Notes under the pieces: generated by a model
Seen by the model: only the letters and a program-made list of their open reading frames with translations
The model's database searches: none
Told to the model about the DNA's origin: nothing
Made by a program: the position numbers and the translations under genes
Shown here: piece by piece, positions 9,878-20,041 of the stretch
Position numbering within the stretch: position 1 is the stretch's first letter
How the letters are laid out: each line of letters starts with the position of its first letter
NCBI GenBank assembly: GCA_965248435.1
Contig: OZ252100.1
Coordinates: 4,928,001 to 4,992,000, forward strand
Length of the DNA: 64,000 bases
Direction: 5' to 3'
From: Candidatus Latescibacterota bacterium
GTDB taxonomy: Bacteria; Latescibacterota; UBA2968; GCA-2709665

Positions 9878-11440
9878 GTGGCATCACATCCCAGACTCTT
9901 CTACAACAACGACGGCAGTCACCTGATCTACCTCCCGCCTCCAGTTTCGCTCGACGCGTTCGTATATGAGACGGTAGGTTATCTGTTCGGCACCCAGGTG
10001 GATGCGGTGGTCTGCCACATGTTCGGGTTCGGCGACGCCATTCCGCTTTTCCCGACCGAGGTGCCGGAGGCGAAGGGTATCGAGCTGGACCAGGTGGAAT
10101 GGGTGAGTGAGTGGCGGCAGCAGGAGATTATGCGCCTTCTGTTCGATCAGGGGATCGACCCGTGGAAGGCCTCCCTGGAGGCCGCGCACGAGGCGGGCAT
10201 GGAGTTCTGGGCGGGCCTGAGGTTCAACGACCTGCACGGAGGGCGGTTTCAGTGGAAGAGTGAATTCCGCGTGAACCACCCCGAATACGAACTGGGTAAC
10301 CAGTGTCCGGCCGGGTCGCACCAGAGTGATCCAGAACGACCGTGTCACGGGCTCAACTTCGCTGTCCCTGAAGTGCGGGTCCACCGCCTGGCGCAGGTGG
10401 AGGAGGTCTGCACCCGTTATGATGTGGACGGGTTCGAGTGGGACCTGAATCGGCACCCGGGACACCACTTTCCGGACATGGAGGCGGGTGCGCCGATGCT
10501 CACCGCCTACATACGTGAAGCGAAGGAGATGCTGAACGGCGTCGGAGATCGGCGGGGACGCCCCGTAAAGTTCAGCGTGCGCGTGCCGGGTACTGTTGAG
10601 GCCTGTCGCTGGATCGCGGTCGAAATCGAGACGTGGATTCGGGAAGGCCTTGTGGATTACGTATCTCCATCTGCCTACCACGACACGTCGACCGATCTGC
10701 CGTTCGACCATTTCGTTGCTCTGGCTGACGGAAAGGACGTCAGGATCTACGCGTCGCCTGGCGAGATGGTCGGGCCGGGACTCCACTGGCCCCCGCCGAT
10801 CGAGACACTGCGCGCGGGCGCGTTCAACGCCTGGCAGCAGGGCGTGGATGGGGTCTACATCTTCAACTACAACCATCCGATCGTGAGCGACATGGATATG
10901 TCGGGTCTCTTTCGCGAACTCGGCAGCCCGGCAACACTCGAGTGGAGGGATAAACGGTATACCGTGGCTGGAGGGCATTCCGAGCTGAGGGGCGATTCCT
11001 ACGGTTTCAAATCGTGGAAACATCAACTTCCCGCGGCCCTGGAGGAACAGCCCACCGGTCCGGGCCACACCGTGCGCTTCCTCGTAGGCGACGATCTGCG
11101 GACCGCGGCCGAGCGAGGCGTACTGGACGCGGTGACTCTGGAGCTGATCGTCATCGGCCAAACGTATGAAGATGTGGTGGAGTTCAAGCTGAATGGAAAG
11201 CCGCTGCCCGAAGGCCCCCAGTTCAGAATGTATCAAAAGTACAAGATGGGTCCCGGCGCGAACGCCTTCCAGGGCCGATACGCGCTGAGGTATGACCTGA
11301 GATCGGGAGACTGGATCCGGCAGGGGTGGAACGAGGTCGAACTGGCGTTGAGAAAAAGGACGCGGCGGGTGAGGCAGCCGTTCGAGGTCTATGAGCTGAA
11401 CCTGGAGATCAAGTATCGCGTTCTGCCGATGAGACCTTAA
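9878..11440 (+). CDS. GHL10-like TIM-barrel glycoside hydrolase-like protein, paralogue 2
   Basis: Collinear with 6804..8348, same motifs. Confidence 0.6.
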   Translation: MASHPRLFYNNDGSHLIYLPPPVSLDAFVYETVGYLFGTQVDAVVCHMFGFGDAIPLFPTEVPEAKGIELDQVEWVSEWRQQEIMRLLFDQGIDPWKASLEAAHEAGMEFWAGLRFNDLHGGRFQWKSEFRVNHPEYELGNQCPAGSHQSDPERPCHGLNFAVPEVRVHRLAQVEEVCTRYDVDGFEWDLNRHPGHHFPDMEAGAPMLTAYIREAKEMLNGVGDRRGRPVKFSVRVPGTVEACRWIAVEIETWIREGLVDYVSPSAYHDTSTDLPFDHFVALADGKDVRIYASPGEMVGPGLHWPPPIETLRAGAFNAWQQGVDGVYIFNYNHPIVSDMDMSGLFRELGSPATLEWRDKRYTVAGGHSELRGDSYGFKSWKHQLPAALEEQPTGPGHTVRFLVGDDLRTAAERGVLDAVTLELIVIGQTYEDVVEFKLNGKPLPEGPQFRMYQKYKMGPGANAFQGRYALRYDLRSGDWIRQGWNEVELALRKRTRRVRQPFEVYELNLEIKYRVLPMRP

Positions 11441-11499
11441 GTCGTGGATCGTGAATCGTGGATCGTGAAATCTGGATCGCAACCACAGCGCGCCGCTTT

Positions 11500-11655
11500 G
11501 TCATTCCGAGCGACAGCGAGGAATCTCAACAGGCAATGGAGCAGCCGCTACTTCAAGAGATGATTCAGTTAGTATCTTACTGTTGAGATCCCTCGTCGCC
11601 TCGTTGCTCTGAGTTTACAACAAACGCAATGCTTGAATGGCTCCTCGGGATGACA
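11500..11655. repeat. Long imperfect inverted repeat TGTCATTCCGAGCG..GAGGAATCTC / GAGATCCCTCG..CTCGGGATGACA
   Basis: Complementary arms read directly from the sequence. Confidence 0.75.
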
Positions 11656-11707
11656 AATCTGGCTGTTACGAGATAAGGGATACGCGAAATAGGATGGAGG
11701 TGACGGC

Positions 11708-12544
11708 ATGATTGTTGATGTACACACACACCTGACGCCCCTCGAGGGCTGGGGGCAGAGTTTCCTCGAGCAGGTCCCGAACGCGAACAACGCGGCCGTG
11801 GGCATAGACCTGCACGTCACACCCGAACGCCACTGGGCGGCGATGGAGGAGGTCGACAGGGCGATCGTGTTCGGGATCAACTCCCTCGCGCTCGAGATGC
11901 ACACGTCGAACGACTCGATCGCCGAGTATGCCAGCGCCCATTCCGAAAAGATCATCGGGTTCATGTCGATCGATCCGCACCAGGAGGACGCGATCGAAGA
12001 GATCGACCGCTGCGTGCGTCAGCTCGGTTTGAGAGGGATCAAGATGAGCCCGGTCTACCAGCACTATCATCCGTGCGATGAGAAGGCGGAGCGCGTGCAT
12101 CGACACGCGGAGAAGCTGGGCCTGCCGATCCTGACCCACGCGGCGTTTCACTCGATGTACCAGACGCCGATGAAGTGGGCGAATCCGATCCTGTATGACG
12201 ATGTGGCACAACAGTTTCCAAACCTGAAGATCATCCTCGCCCACATCGGCCTGCCCTGGTATTCGGACGCGATGGTCGTCGCGCGTAAGCACCCGAACGT
12301 ATTCGCGGACATCTCGCCCGTGTTCCACCTCAGGTGGATCAACCGTGCGCTCGATCTGTTTCACGAATTCTCGGTGATTCAGAAGCTTCTGTTCGGGACC
12401 GACTTTCCGTTCACAACGACCGATCGGGCGATACAGAACTTGAGAAAGGCTCAACAGATTGGTCCCAAGGAGGCACGTGTGCCGGACGAGGAGATCGAGG
12501 CGCTGATCCACCGTGATTCTCTGAAGCTGCTCGGCCTGGATTGA
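11708..12544 (+). CDS. Amidohydrolase family 2 protein
   Basis: DVHTH, LRGIK, ILAHIG and LLFGTDFP motifs. Confidence 0.9.
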   Translation: MIVDVHTHLTPLEGWGQSFLEQVPNANNAAVGIDLHVTPERHWAAMEEVDRAIVFGINSLALEMHTSNDSIAEYASAHSEKIIGFMSIDPHQEDAIEEIDRCVRQLGLRGIKMSPVYQHYHPCDEKAERVHRHAEKLGLPILTHAAFHSMYQTPMKWANPILYDDVAQQFPNLKIILAHIGLPWYSDAMVVARKHPNVFADISPVFHLRWINRALDLFHEFSVIQKLLFGTDFPFTTTDRAIQNLRKAQQIGPKEARVPDEEIEALIHRDSLKLLGLD

Positions 12545-12681
12545 TCGTGAATCGTGAATCGTGGATGGTGGATCGTGGATCGTAAATCGCATCTAAAGTC
12601 ATTGAATCGGCTGTTGAAGAGGGTTTTTAAACTGGTGTTCATTGGGACATAGCTTATGCCGGATATGTCAGGGGAGAAGAT

Positions 12682-13683
12682 ATGAAGGCCCGACTGATCG
12701 TATCCAGCTGTTACGATTGGGAAACCACGGATCCGGAGCTGGAACGGCTGAAGCCGGAGGTCGAGGTATTTCGCTGTCCGGAGGGGCGTCAACTGACCGA
12801 AGCGGAGATGATCGGTTATCTTTCCGGGACTCATTACACCCTGTCCGCCGACGATCCGTTCAACGAGCGTGTGATTCGCTCCGCACCGTCGCTTCAGATG
12901 ATTAACTGTGACGGCGTGGGCGTGGATCACATCAACCTTCCCGTGGCCACCGAGTGCGGCGTGATCGTGAACAACGCCCCGGTCGTACACGACTCGAACG
13001 GAGAGTTCGCGGTCGGGTTGATCGTGGCGCTTCTGAGGAAGATTATCATCGCGGACAAGGGTGTGAGGTCCGGTGAGTGGCACGACCGGGTCCGATTCGC
13101 GGGCTATGACCTTCAAGGGAAGACGTTGGGCCTGCTTGGCTTCGGGCGGGTCGCGAAGGCGTTCGCCAAACGAATCTCGGGATTTGATATGAATGTTACT
13201 GCCTACTGCCGAGAACCCGACAGGTCGGCAGCGGAGGCGTTGGACGTTACGCTGGTCGGCCTCGACGAGCTGATCGAGGGTTCGGACATCCTGTCGCTCC
13301 ACGTCACCCTTACCGATCTGACGCGGGGGATGATCGGGGCGGAGGAAATCGGAAGGATGAAGACCGGGGCCTATCTGATGAACACTTCGCGAGGTGCGGT
13401 TGTGGATGAGGCGGCGCTGGTCGACGCACTGAACAGCGGAAAGCTGGCGGGCGCGGCCCTGGATGTGTTCGACGGCGAGCCTCCGAAGCTCGACAATCCG
13501 CTTCTGCACATGGAGAACGTCGTCCTCGCGCCGCATCTGGGCACCGAGACGTTCCAGACATTCCGAAGGGCGTTTCGGAGCGTGGTCGATGACATCCTGC
13601 TCCTCCGCGTGGGCAAGCGACCGGGAAACGTCGTGAACGTGGACGTCCTGAATCACGATCGATGGAAGGACCTCAACGCATGA
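12682..13683 (+). CDS. D-2-hydroxyacid dehydrogenase (phosphoglycerate dehydrogenase-like)
   Basis: GLLGFGRV, NTSRG, ALDVF..EP and APHLG motifs. Confidence 0.9.
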   Translation: MKARLIVSSCYDWETTDPELERLKPEVEVFRCPEGRQLTEAEMIGYLSGTHYTLSADDPFNERVIRSAPSLQMINCDGVGVDHINLPVATECGVIVNNAPVVHDSNGEFAVGLIVALLRKIIIADKGVRSGEWHDRVRFAGYDLQGKTLGLLGFGRVAKAFAKRISGFDMNVTAYCREPDRSAAEALDVTLVGLDELIEGSDILSLHVTLTDLTRGMIGAEEIGRMKTGAYLMNTSRGAVVDEAALVDALNSGKLAGAALDVFDGEPPKLDNPLLHMENVVLAPHLGTETFQTFRRAFRSVVDDILLLRVGKRPGNVVNVDVLNHDRWKDLNA

Positions 13684-13708
13684 ATCGGATGGTTAAAGGA
13701 GAAGCGTG

Positions 13709-14590
13709 ATGCCCAAGCTGGCCGCATTTCCGAAGGCGTTTCTGGACGAAATGTGCATGGACGGGACGATGACCATCTGCCAGTGGGTGGAGATGGCCGC
13801 GACGCTGGACGTCGACGGGCTGGAATTCTTCGGGGCCTTCCTGGAGCTCGAAGACCCGGCCTCCTGGAAGGCGTCCAGGAAGCTGGCGGAGGATCACGGA
13901 CTGACGATTCCGATGCTCTGCTGCTCACCCGACTTCACGCACCCGGATCCGGAGTTTCGGAACAAGGAGGTCGACAAAGAGAAGCGATGGATCGACATGA
14001 CGGCGGAGCTGGGTGGATCGTTCTGCCGGGTGCTCTCAGGCCAGCGCAGGCCCGGGGTGCCTCGCGAGGCAGGACTCGCCTTCTGCGTGGACTGCATCAA
14101 CACGTGCGGTGAGTACGGCCGGTCTGTCGGGGTGACGCTGATCATCGAGAACCATTACAAGGACCCCTACTGGACGTATCCCGAGTTCGCCCAGCATATG
14201 GATGTCTTTTGCGAGCTCCTGGATCGCATCGAACCCTCGGGGCTCGGTGTGAATTACGACCCGAGCAACACGCTGCTCGCTGGCGAAGACCCGCTCGAAC
14301 TTCTGGACCGCGTGAAGCACCGGGTGATGACGATGCACGCCAGTGACCGCTACCTCGCGGAGGGCACGATCGAAGACCTTCGCAAGGAAGAGAACGTGGA
14401 AGGCTACGCCAATCGCCTGAGTCACGGGGAGATCGGAAAAGGGATGAACGACTACGACGCGATCTTTTCGACGCTGGCCGGGGTCGGATTCGAAGGCTGG
14501 ATCAGTATCGAGGATGGCATGGAGGGGATGGAGCAGCTGCGGGGGAGCGTGAAGTTTTTGCGGGAGAAGATGGCACAGCATTGGCCTTGA
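13709..14590 (+). CDS. Sugar-phosphate isomerase/epimerase (xylose isomerase-like TIM barrel)
   Basis: IENH, NYDPSN, HASD and WISIED motifs. Confidence 0.85.
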   Translation: MPKLAAFPKAFLDEMCMDGTMTICQWVEMAATLDVDGLEFFGAFLELEDPASWKASRKLAEDHGLTIPMLCCSPDFTHPDPEFRNKEVDKEKRWIDMTAELGGSFCRVLSGQRRPGVPREAGLAFCVDCINTCGEYGRSVGVTLIIENHYKDPYWTYPEFAQHMDVFCELLDRIEPSGLGVNYDPSNTLLAGEDPLELLDRVKHRVMTMHASDRYLAEGTIEDLRKEENVEGYANRLSHGEIGKGMNDYDAIFSTLAGVGFEGWISIEDGMEGMEQLRGSVKFLREKMAQHWP

Positions 14591-14689
14591 TCGCGTGGAT
14601 CGTGAATCGTTGATCGTGGATCGTCATCTAATTGCGGATTGCGGATTTCGGATTGTGGAATGAAAGGCGAAACCTGACTGCAGGGGAGC

Positions 14690-15526
14690 ATGGCGATCCA
14701 GATCAAACCCTACATATGGGAAGGACCCTACGCGGAGATGCGGGCCTCCACGGGAAGCTATCACGATGTGGGGCTCTGCGCGGAGGTCCGGGCGGACTGG
14801 ATGAAGGAGGGGGAGCGGATCATCCTTCGGTCGAGCGAGATCGTCGGCTGGCCGGAGTCTTATTTCTACGATGACCACAAACGTCCGTCCGATCCGGGAG
14901 GACGAGGCCAGGGATACAGCCACCGATCCTTTGAGTGGGACCGCGGGCAGACCCCGGACCGTCTGTCGGTCGATTGCGATATCGACGGAAAAGGGGGCTT
15001 CTCACTCAGCCTCCGGTGTGACCAGGATGTCCTGGATATCGAGCTGAGCGTCCGAAATGGCCTTCGGGGCGTTATGGGACCGATCGACTGGCACTTCTGC
15101 GCGATCGGATTCGACTGCCCGCCGATCGGTGATCCTGAACTCACACGCACCTTCCTGTTCGACGGGGAGCGGCTGCGCTCTCTGCGTGAGCTGAGCGGCG
15201 CGCCGGAGTGTGAGATCTATTCGGTGACCGGGTCGGATGGTTTCGTCCCTGCGATTCACAGATCGCACCCGCGAGGCCCCGTGGACGCCGAGGCCTCCGT
15301 CGTCGTCCTGGAATCGGGCTGCGGTCGCTACGCGGCGGCGCTCGGGTTTGCGCAGGCCTACAATATCTTCAGCAACCCGCACAATATGTGCTTTCACGCC
15401 GATCCCTATTTCGGGACCCTTGCAGGTCGGGGAGAGGAACGACAGATGAAAGGGCGCCTCTACCTGATCGAAGGCAATGCCACGGATGCCTTTGACCGGT
15501 ATCGCAGCGACTTTATCCATGAGTAA
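14690..15526 (+). CDS. Hypothetical protein
   Basis: 278-aa ORF with GGGGAG RBS; overlaps the start of the next gene. Confidence 0.7.
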   Translation: MAIQIKPYIWEGPYAEMRASTGSYHDVGLCAEVRADWMKEGERIILRSSEIVGWPESYFYDDHKRPSDPGGRGQGYSHRSFEWDRGQTPDRLSVDCDIDGKGGFSLSLRCDQDVLDIELSVRNGLRGVMGPIDWHFCAIGFDCPPIGDPELTRTFLFDGERLRSLRELSGAPECEIYSVTGSDGFVPAIHRSHPRGPVDAEASVVVLESGCGRYAAALGFAQAYNIFSNPHNMCFHADPYFGTLAGRGEERQMKGRLYLIEGNATDAFDRYRSDFIHE

Positions 15527-16793
15527 AAAGAAACCCTTTCCCATCGCGTATGGCCGGGGCGAGCTCCCGCTTCGGATCGATCCTGAGCTCGCCAGGGCCT
15601 TGAGGCCGGTCTCCCGGCCGGCCCTTTTGAACGCCCAGGGGCGATTCCAGGAGGCCTGTCGGCATCCGGTAGAGACACCACCCCTTCGAGGGGTCGTCGG
15701 TCCTGGCGACCGGGTGGTGATCGTGACGTCTGACAAGACCCGCCCGGTCCCGAACCGGCTCCTGATTCCCTGGATCCTGGAGGAGATTCCCGTCCCCGAC
15801 GACAAGGTTACGGTGCTCCTCGGAAACGGGTCTCACGGCGCCAATTCTCCCGACGAGATTACGGAGATGTTTGGCGAGGCGGTGGCGGAGCGGGTGGAGA
15901 TACGCAACCACGATGCCTTCGATCCGTCGCAGAACAGAAACGTCGGAAAGACGGGCGATGGGACCGAGGTCTGGATGGACAGGGTTTACTTGGAGGCGGA
16001 CAGGCGGATCGTCGTAGGATTTATCGAGCCGCACTTCTTCGCGGGGTTTTCAGGCGGTGGAAAAGGGGTCGTCCCTGGCGTGGCGGGTATCGATACGATC
16101 CTGTCGCTTCACCGCGCAGACCTGATCGCACATCCAAAGAGTACGTGGGGCGAGCTGGAAGGGAATCCTATTCAGAATGAAATTGCGGATGCCGTATCCC
16201 TCGCGCCGCCTGACTTTATGGTGAACGTCACACTCAACTCGGAGAAAGAGATCACCGAGTTCTTCGTCGGGGATTATCAGGCCGCCCATCGGCAGGGGTG
16301 TTCCTCGGTAAAGGCGTCGGCGATGGTTCCGGTGTCGGAACCGGTCCCGATCGTGGTGACGTCGAACGGCGGGTATCCACTCGATCTGAACCTGTATCAG
16401 ACGGTGAAGGGCATCTCCGCTGCCGACAGGATCGTGGAAAAGGGGGGGACGATTCTTGTGGCGAGCGAATGCAGCGACGGGGTCCCGGATCACGGCAATT
16501 TCGCTGAATTGATGCGAAGCGGCACGTCCCCGAAGGAGGTGCTCCAGTGGGTCCACGCGCAGGATCGCCCCGTTCAGGACCAGTGGCAGGCGCAGATCCT
16601 GGCCGGCATCCTGGAAAGGGTCGAGGTGATCCTGTATTCAGGTCTGGCACCCGGGGAGGTCGAAGGGTGTAAGCTCGGCTCGACGGACGATCTGGAGGCA
16701 TGCCTCGACAGCCGACTGGCGCGCGCCGCGAATCCATCTGTCGCCGTTCTGCCCTACGGACCTCTGACCATACCCTACTTAGAGGGAAAGTAA
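15519..16793 (+). CDS. larA: Nickel-pincer-dependent lactate racemase family (LarA-like) protein
   Basis: SDKTRP, NHD, EPHFFAGFSGG.K and GYPLD.NLYQTVKG motifs. Confidence 0.85.
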   Translation: MSKKKPFPIAYGRGELPLRIDPELARALRPVSRPALLNAQGRFQEACRHPVETPPLRGVVGPGDRVVIVTSDKTRPVPNRLLIPWILEEIPVPDDKVTVLLGNGSHGANSPDEITEMFGEAVAERVEIRNHDAFDPSQNRNVGKTGDGTEVWMDRVYLEADRRIVVGFIEPHFFAGFSGGGKGVVPGVAGIDTILSLHRADLIAHPKSTWGELEGNPIQNEIADAVSLAPPDFMVNVTLNSEKEITEFFVGDYQAAHRQGCSSVKASAMVPVSEPVPIVVTSNGGYPLDLNLYQTVKGISAADRIVEKGGTILVASECSDGVPDHGNFAELMRSGTSPKEVLQWVHAQDRPVQDQWQAQILAGILERVEVILYSGLAPGEVEGCKLGSTDDLEACLDSRLARAANPSVAVLPYGPLTIPYLEGK

Positions 16794-16810
16794 CGGCATC
16801 TGGAAATCGA

Positions 16811-16852
16811 GAAAAACCCCGCACTTACACTAGGTAAGTGTGGGGTTTTTTT
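16811..16852 (+). terminator. Bidirectional rho-independent terminator-like hairpin at the left edge of the island
   Basis: AAAAACCCCGCACTTAC-loop-GTAAGTGTGGGGTTTTTTT. Confidence 0.8.
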
Positions 16853-16914
16853 TATCAAGTAGGGACAAGTGGGTAGAAGTGGGCCTGGTTTTGGAAAGGT
16901 TTTTGGAAAGGTTT

Positions 16915-17112
16915 CTACTCAACGTAGTCAATGAGGTGATCGTAGCTTTGTGGGATCAGATGCCCGTAGAAGTCCTGAGTGATTGTAACGCTGGCGTGCC
17001 CAAGCCAAGCACTCACGATCTGGATACTCACCTTCCCCGAGGACAGAAGGTGGGCTGAAAACGTGTGACGAAGCATGTGCCAGTGTCCTTTCATCCCGCG
17101 CCGACGACACAC
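16915..17112 (-). pseudogene. C-terminal remnant of a phage-type tyrosine integrase
   Basis: HMLRHTF...LGH...T...YGH; truncated at the adjacent IS. Confidence 0.85.
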
Positions 17113-17122
17113 GGCCTTGAAG

Positions 17123-17702
17123 TGAATCGCTTTCCGGAGGCTCGTTTAGTTGAGTCCAGCCAGCATTGGCCGGGCTTCCTGCTCGTGGTAGTGTAGCCGT
17201 TCGAGCTCGACGGGTGGGATATCCCCGATGGGCCCCAGAGTCGTCTGTTGTTGAACCAGTCTACCCACTCGAGTGTCGCATATTCAACCTGATCGAGGTT
17301 CCGCCAGGGCCCTCGTCGACGAAGTCCACAATCACTTCGGTCGGCGGTCGAGCTCCGCCTGTGCGAAATAGGCCGACGCCTTGCGAAGGATCTCGTTCGC
17401 CCGCCGCAACTCTCGGTTCTCGCGCTGCAGTTCTTTGAGTTGCGCCCGTTCGCTGCTTGTCACGCCGCCTCGACGTCCCGTGTTCACCTCGGTCCGACGT
17501 ACCCACTTCCGGAGCGTCTCAGCCGCGCAGCCAATTTTGCCCGCGATCGAATAGATGGCCTCCCACTGGGAGGCGTGTTCGTCAGTGTGCTCGAACACCA
17601 TCCGAACCGCCCGTTCTCGAACCTCTGGAGAATACCTCTTCACGTTTGTCATGACTCTATCCTCTCAAGAAATAGAGTCTCCGTCAAGTCCGGGGCGATT
17701 CA
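17123..17702 (-). mobile_element. Internally deleted IS3-family (IS51-group-like) element
   Basis: Ends TGAATCGC..; intact OrfA; only the last codons of OrfB remain (LEWVDWFNNRRL); 580 bp. Confidence 0.85.
17332..17652 (-). CDS. IS3 transposase OrfA
   Basis: [11 protein letters not shown]...[22 protein letters not shown]. Confidence 0.9.
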   Translation of the reverse strand: MTNVKRYSPEVRERAVRMVFEHTDEHASQWEAIYSIAGKIGCAAETLRKWVRRTEVNTGRRGGVTSSERAQLKELQRENRELRRANEILRKASAYFAQAELDRRPK

Positions 17703-17725
17703 CCGCGCGCACGGTTGTGTTAAAT
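17703..17725 (-). other. Truncated cassette recombination site (half site cut by the IS)
   Basis: GCACGGTTGTGTTA matches GCACGGTCGTGTTA at 21063-21076. Confidence 0.55.
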
Positions 17726-17734
17726 GCCCGTACT

Positions 17735-18624
17735 CTATTTTGACTCACCAAGATGCATCAACGGCAGAGGCATGGGGCTGTCACTGTTGATGAAATACAC
17801 CTTGGCTGCTGGATCTTTGGAGATGGCTTTAAGCGCTTCCAGCGCCTGGAGTTTGACGTAGTTAGGGTTCTTGCCGATGGCCGCGTTGATTTTCTCGATT
17901 TCGTAGGCCTGGACATCTGCCAGTACGCGGCGCTGGGCGGCCTGTTCTTCAGCTGCACCGCGTTCCGCCTTTGCTGCTGCTATTTTCTGTTGTTGCTCTG
18001 TGCGGAAACGCTCCAGTTCTGCCTTCTGCTTCTCAACTTCCTGTTCGCGCTCCTTTTTTGACTCAATCGCCTTTGTGATAAAGGGGGGTAGGGCAATATC
18101 GCGAAGGAGCACAGCCCCCACATCTATTCCCTCCGGACCCAGATAATCGCGCAGTCCTTCCAGCAGTGCAGTCTGCAAGGTGACCTGGGCTTGCTCAAGA
18201 AAGAAGTCCTCGGCGCGTTTGACCGCTTTGCCCTGTTCACGTATCAGGGAACGCAGCTTCGGGATGATATGCACTCTGACGACGTCTTCCGCGGTGCCGG
18301 TCTCCTTCAGGATGCGCGGGGCATCTTTGCGCATGAGACGATACTGCACGCTGACATCAATCTTGGTCTGTAACTGGTCCTGGCTGGGGACGCTTGCCCG
18401 CTCCAAATGGGTCTTCTGGCGTACGTCATACAGATGCCAGGCATAGAGCGGATTGACGGGAATATGCAACCCTGCCTCATAAGGCTTCGGCTTCACACTC
18501 CCGAACAGTGTCGCGACCGCTACATGCCCGCTGGAATGCTTTGGTAAAATTTGCTGCCAAAGAATAAGACAATGATCACTATCACGATTGTAACAATGAG
18601 AGACTTCGGGATCTGATCCATCAT
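17735..18624 (-). pseudogene. SPFH/prohibitin-family membrane protein with a 1-bp frameshift near 18527
   Basis: AGGAGG + ATG 18624 gives an N-terminal TM segment MMDQ..IPAG; the GHVAVATLFG..SPFH body continues in another frame (ORF 17735..18496). Confidence 0.75.
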
Positions 18625-19209
18625 TGTTTCCTCCTGAAAGGGTTAACGTGAATACCGACTCGAACCTTACCCAAAATACAAACTATCATATCAGGGTAGA
18701 ACCTGCAATGTAGGCAAACGCTGCCCGACCATCCACAAGTTCGATGACCTCTTCCAGGCAAGGCATCCGAAAGTGTTGGTTGCTGTAGTGGGACCGTGGA
18801 GAACTACGGGTAGAATTATAAAATCACGCCCACACAGCTTGCTGGGCTATAGGCCGCCGGCGCCTGAAACGGTCTCAGAACCGCTAGTCGCAACCGCATC
18901 CTAACTCTGGACGTGGATACATAGGTGGGGGCAGGTCACCCACCAGTTCCGAATTCTTGAGCGATTCAAATTGGCTGACTGGGCGAGCACCCACCTTTTC
19001 CCTGAAGGAAGCAACTTTTGGAGGCTCGTTCGACTCCGACAGAGCACCCATTGTCCCCGGGTCCATACAAAGATAATCAATACCACACAGAGACAAAACC
19101 TGTTCCACACCCTCCGGGCAAGTGATCCCCTCGTTTGGGAACGACGACGGGCGCTCAACATGTCAAATACACGCTGTGCCCTCTGTGGTTCTGCAGAATA
19201 TGTTGTGTC

Positions 19210-19872
19210 TTACTCCTCGAAGGGAAAGTAGTCGAGGACGTCGTACTCCCACACATTGGTGGGAAAGATTACGACCAGTTCGGCCAAGTCCTCGCCCAAG
19301 TTCTTGAATGAGTGGGGGACCATAGGAGGAATATTGACGATATAGGGGGCTTCCAATGTGAACACCGAATCGCCCAGCGCGTAAAGGATGGTCCCCTCCA
19401 ACAGGACGTGCGCTTCTTCCCCTACGTGCGTGTGCATCGGAGGTGCACCTCCGGGGGCCGTATAGGTGATGCCCACGGTCAGGTTCTGATAGCCGTGCCG
19501 CTGCCCTTCCATGACGTGCACATATTCGCCCGGCCCTGGGTTGATGACGACGAGTTCTTTCTTCTCAAGAGCAAACTCGCCCACCAATGTCATAGCCGGG
19601 GACTTGAAGTCACCGGGGATCCTGCGGGTTTCGATAATGCCGTGGGGGTGATGTTGTGCATGCAACTGCTTTCTCGCTTCATCAATCGAGCTGATTAGTT
19701 CTCCGTGTGTGATCGTCTGTCCTAGCTTGGCGTCCTCGGGTGAATACGTAACAGTCGGTTCCGGTGGCAGCGTGGAGGATTTATCTTTCGCGTCGGACGG
19801 CTCTAAGTAAGCCAAGCCAACGATGCCTATGAGGATGAAGCTAACGACAATACGTGGTGTATACCTGTGCAT
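19210..19872 (-). CDS. Exported cupin-domain protein (cassette)
   Basis: N-terminal signal/TM segment; PMHTHVGEE..LEG and IPPMVPHSFKN motifs. Confidence 0.85.
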   Translation of the reverse strand: MHRYTPRIVVSFILIGIVGLAYLEPSDAKDKSSTLPPEPTVTYSPEDAKLGQTITHGELISSIDEARKQLHAQHHPHGIIETRRIPGDFKSPAMTLVGEFALEKKELVVINPGPGEYVHVMEGQRHGYQNLTVGITYTAPGGAPPMHTHVGEEAHVLLEGTILYALGDSVFTLEAPYIVNIPPMVPHSFKNLGEDLAELVVIFPTNVWEYDVLDYFPFEE

Positions 19873-19923
19873 GGTACCCTCCCTTTAGGGTATGGTGAAA
19901 GCACGGTCCTGGACCGCAATGGC

Positions 19924-20009
19924 AGGTAACGTTCTCGGCACCCACGAACCCGCGCAGCGGGTTGGGCGGAAGCCCGAATGGGCTGAAGCCGTGGGTGCTC
20001 GTGTTAGCG
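19924..20009 (-). other. Non-canonical attC-like site A
   Basis: TAAC-GTTCT-CGGCACCCACG...CGTGGGTGCTCG-T-GTTA on the + strand. Confidence 0.75.
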
Positions 20010-20041
20010 GATGTCGCCGACGGAGCTGGCCTGGGAGGCTA

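Noticed and set aside
6804-11440. Diversity-generating retroelement template/variable repeat pair
   Set aside because: Whole-gene duplication, differences are not adenine-specific, and no reverse transcriptase is present
9884-11482. Long antisense ORFs (also 3828..5012, 6873..7931, 12451..13656, 42862..44070)
   Set aside because: Shadow ORFs of GC-rich genes with no recognisable motifs
18650-19200. Additional cassette or gene
   Set aside because: Only short ORFs without motifs and no complete TAAC..GTTA hairpin; probably a decayed remnant
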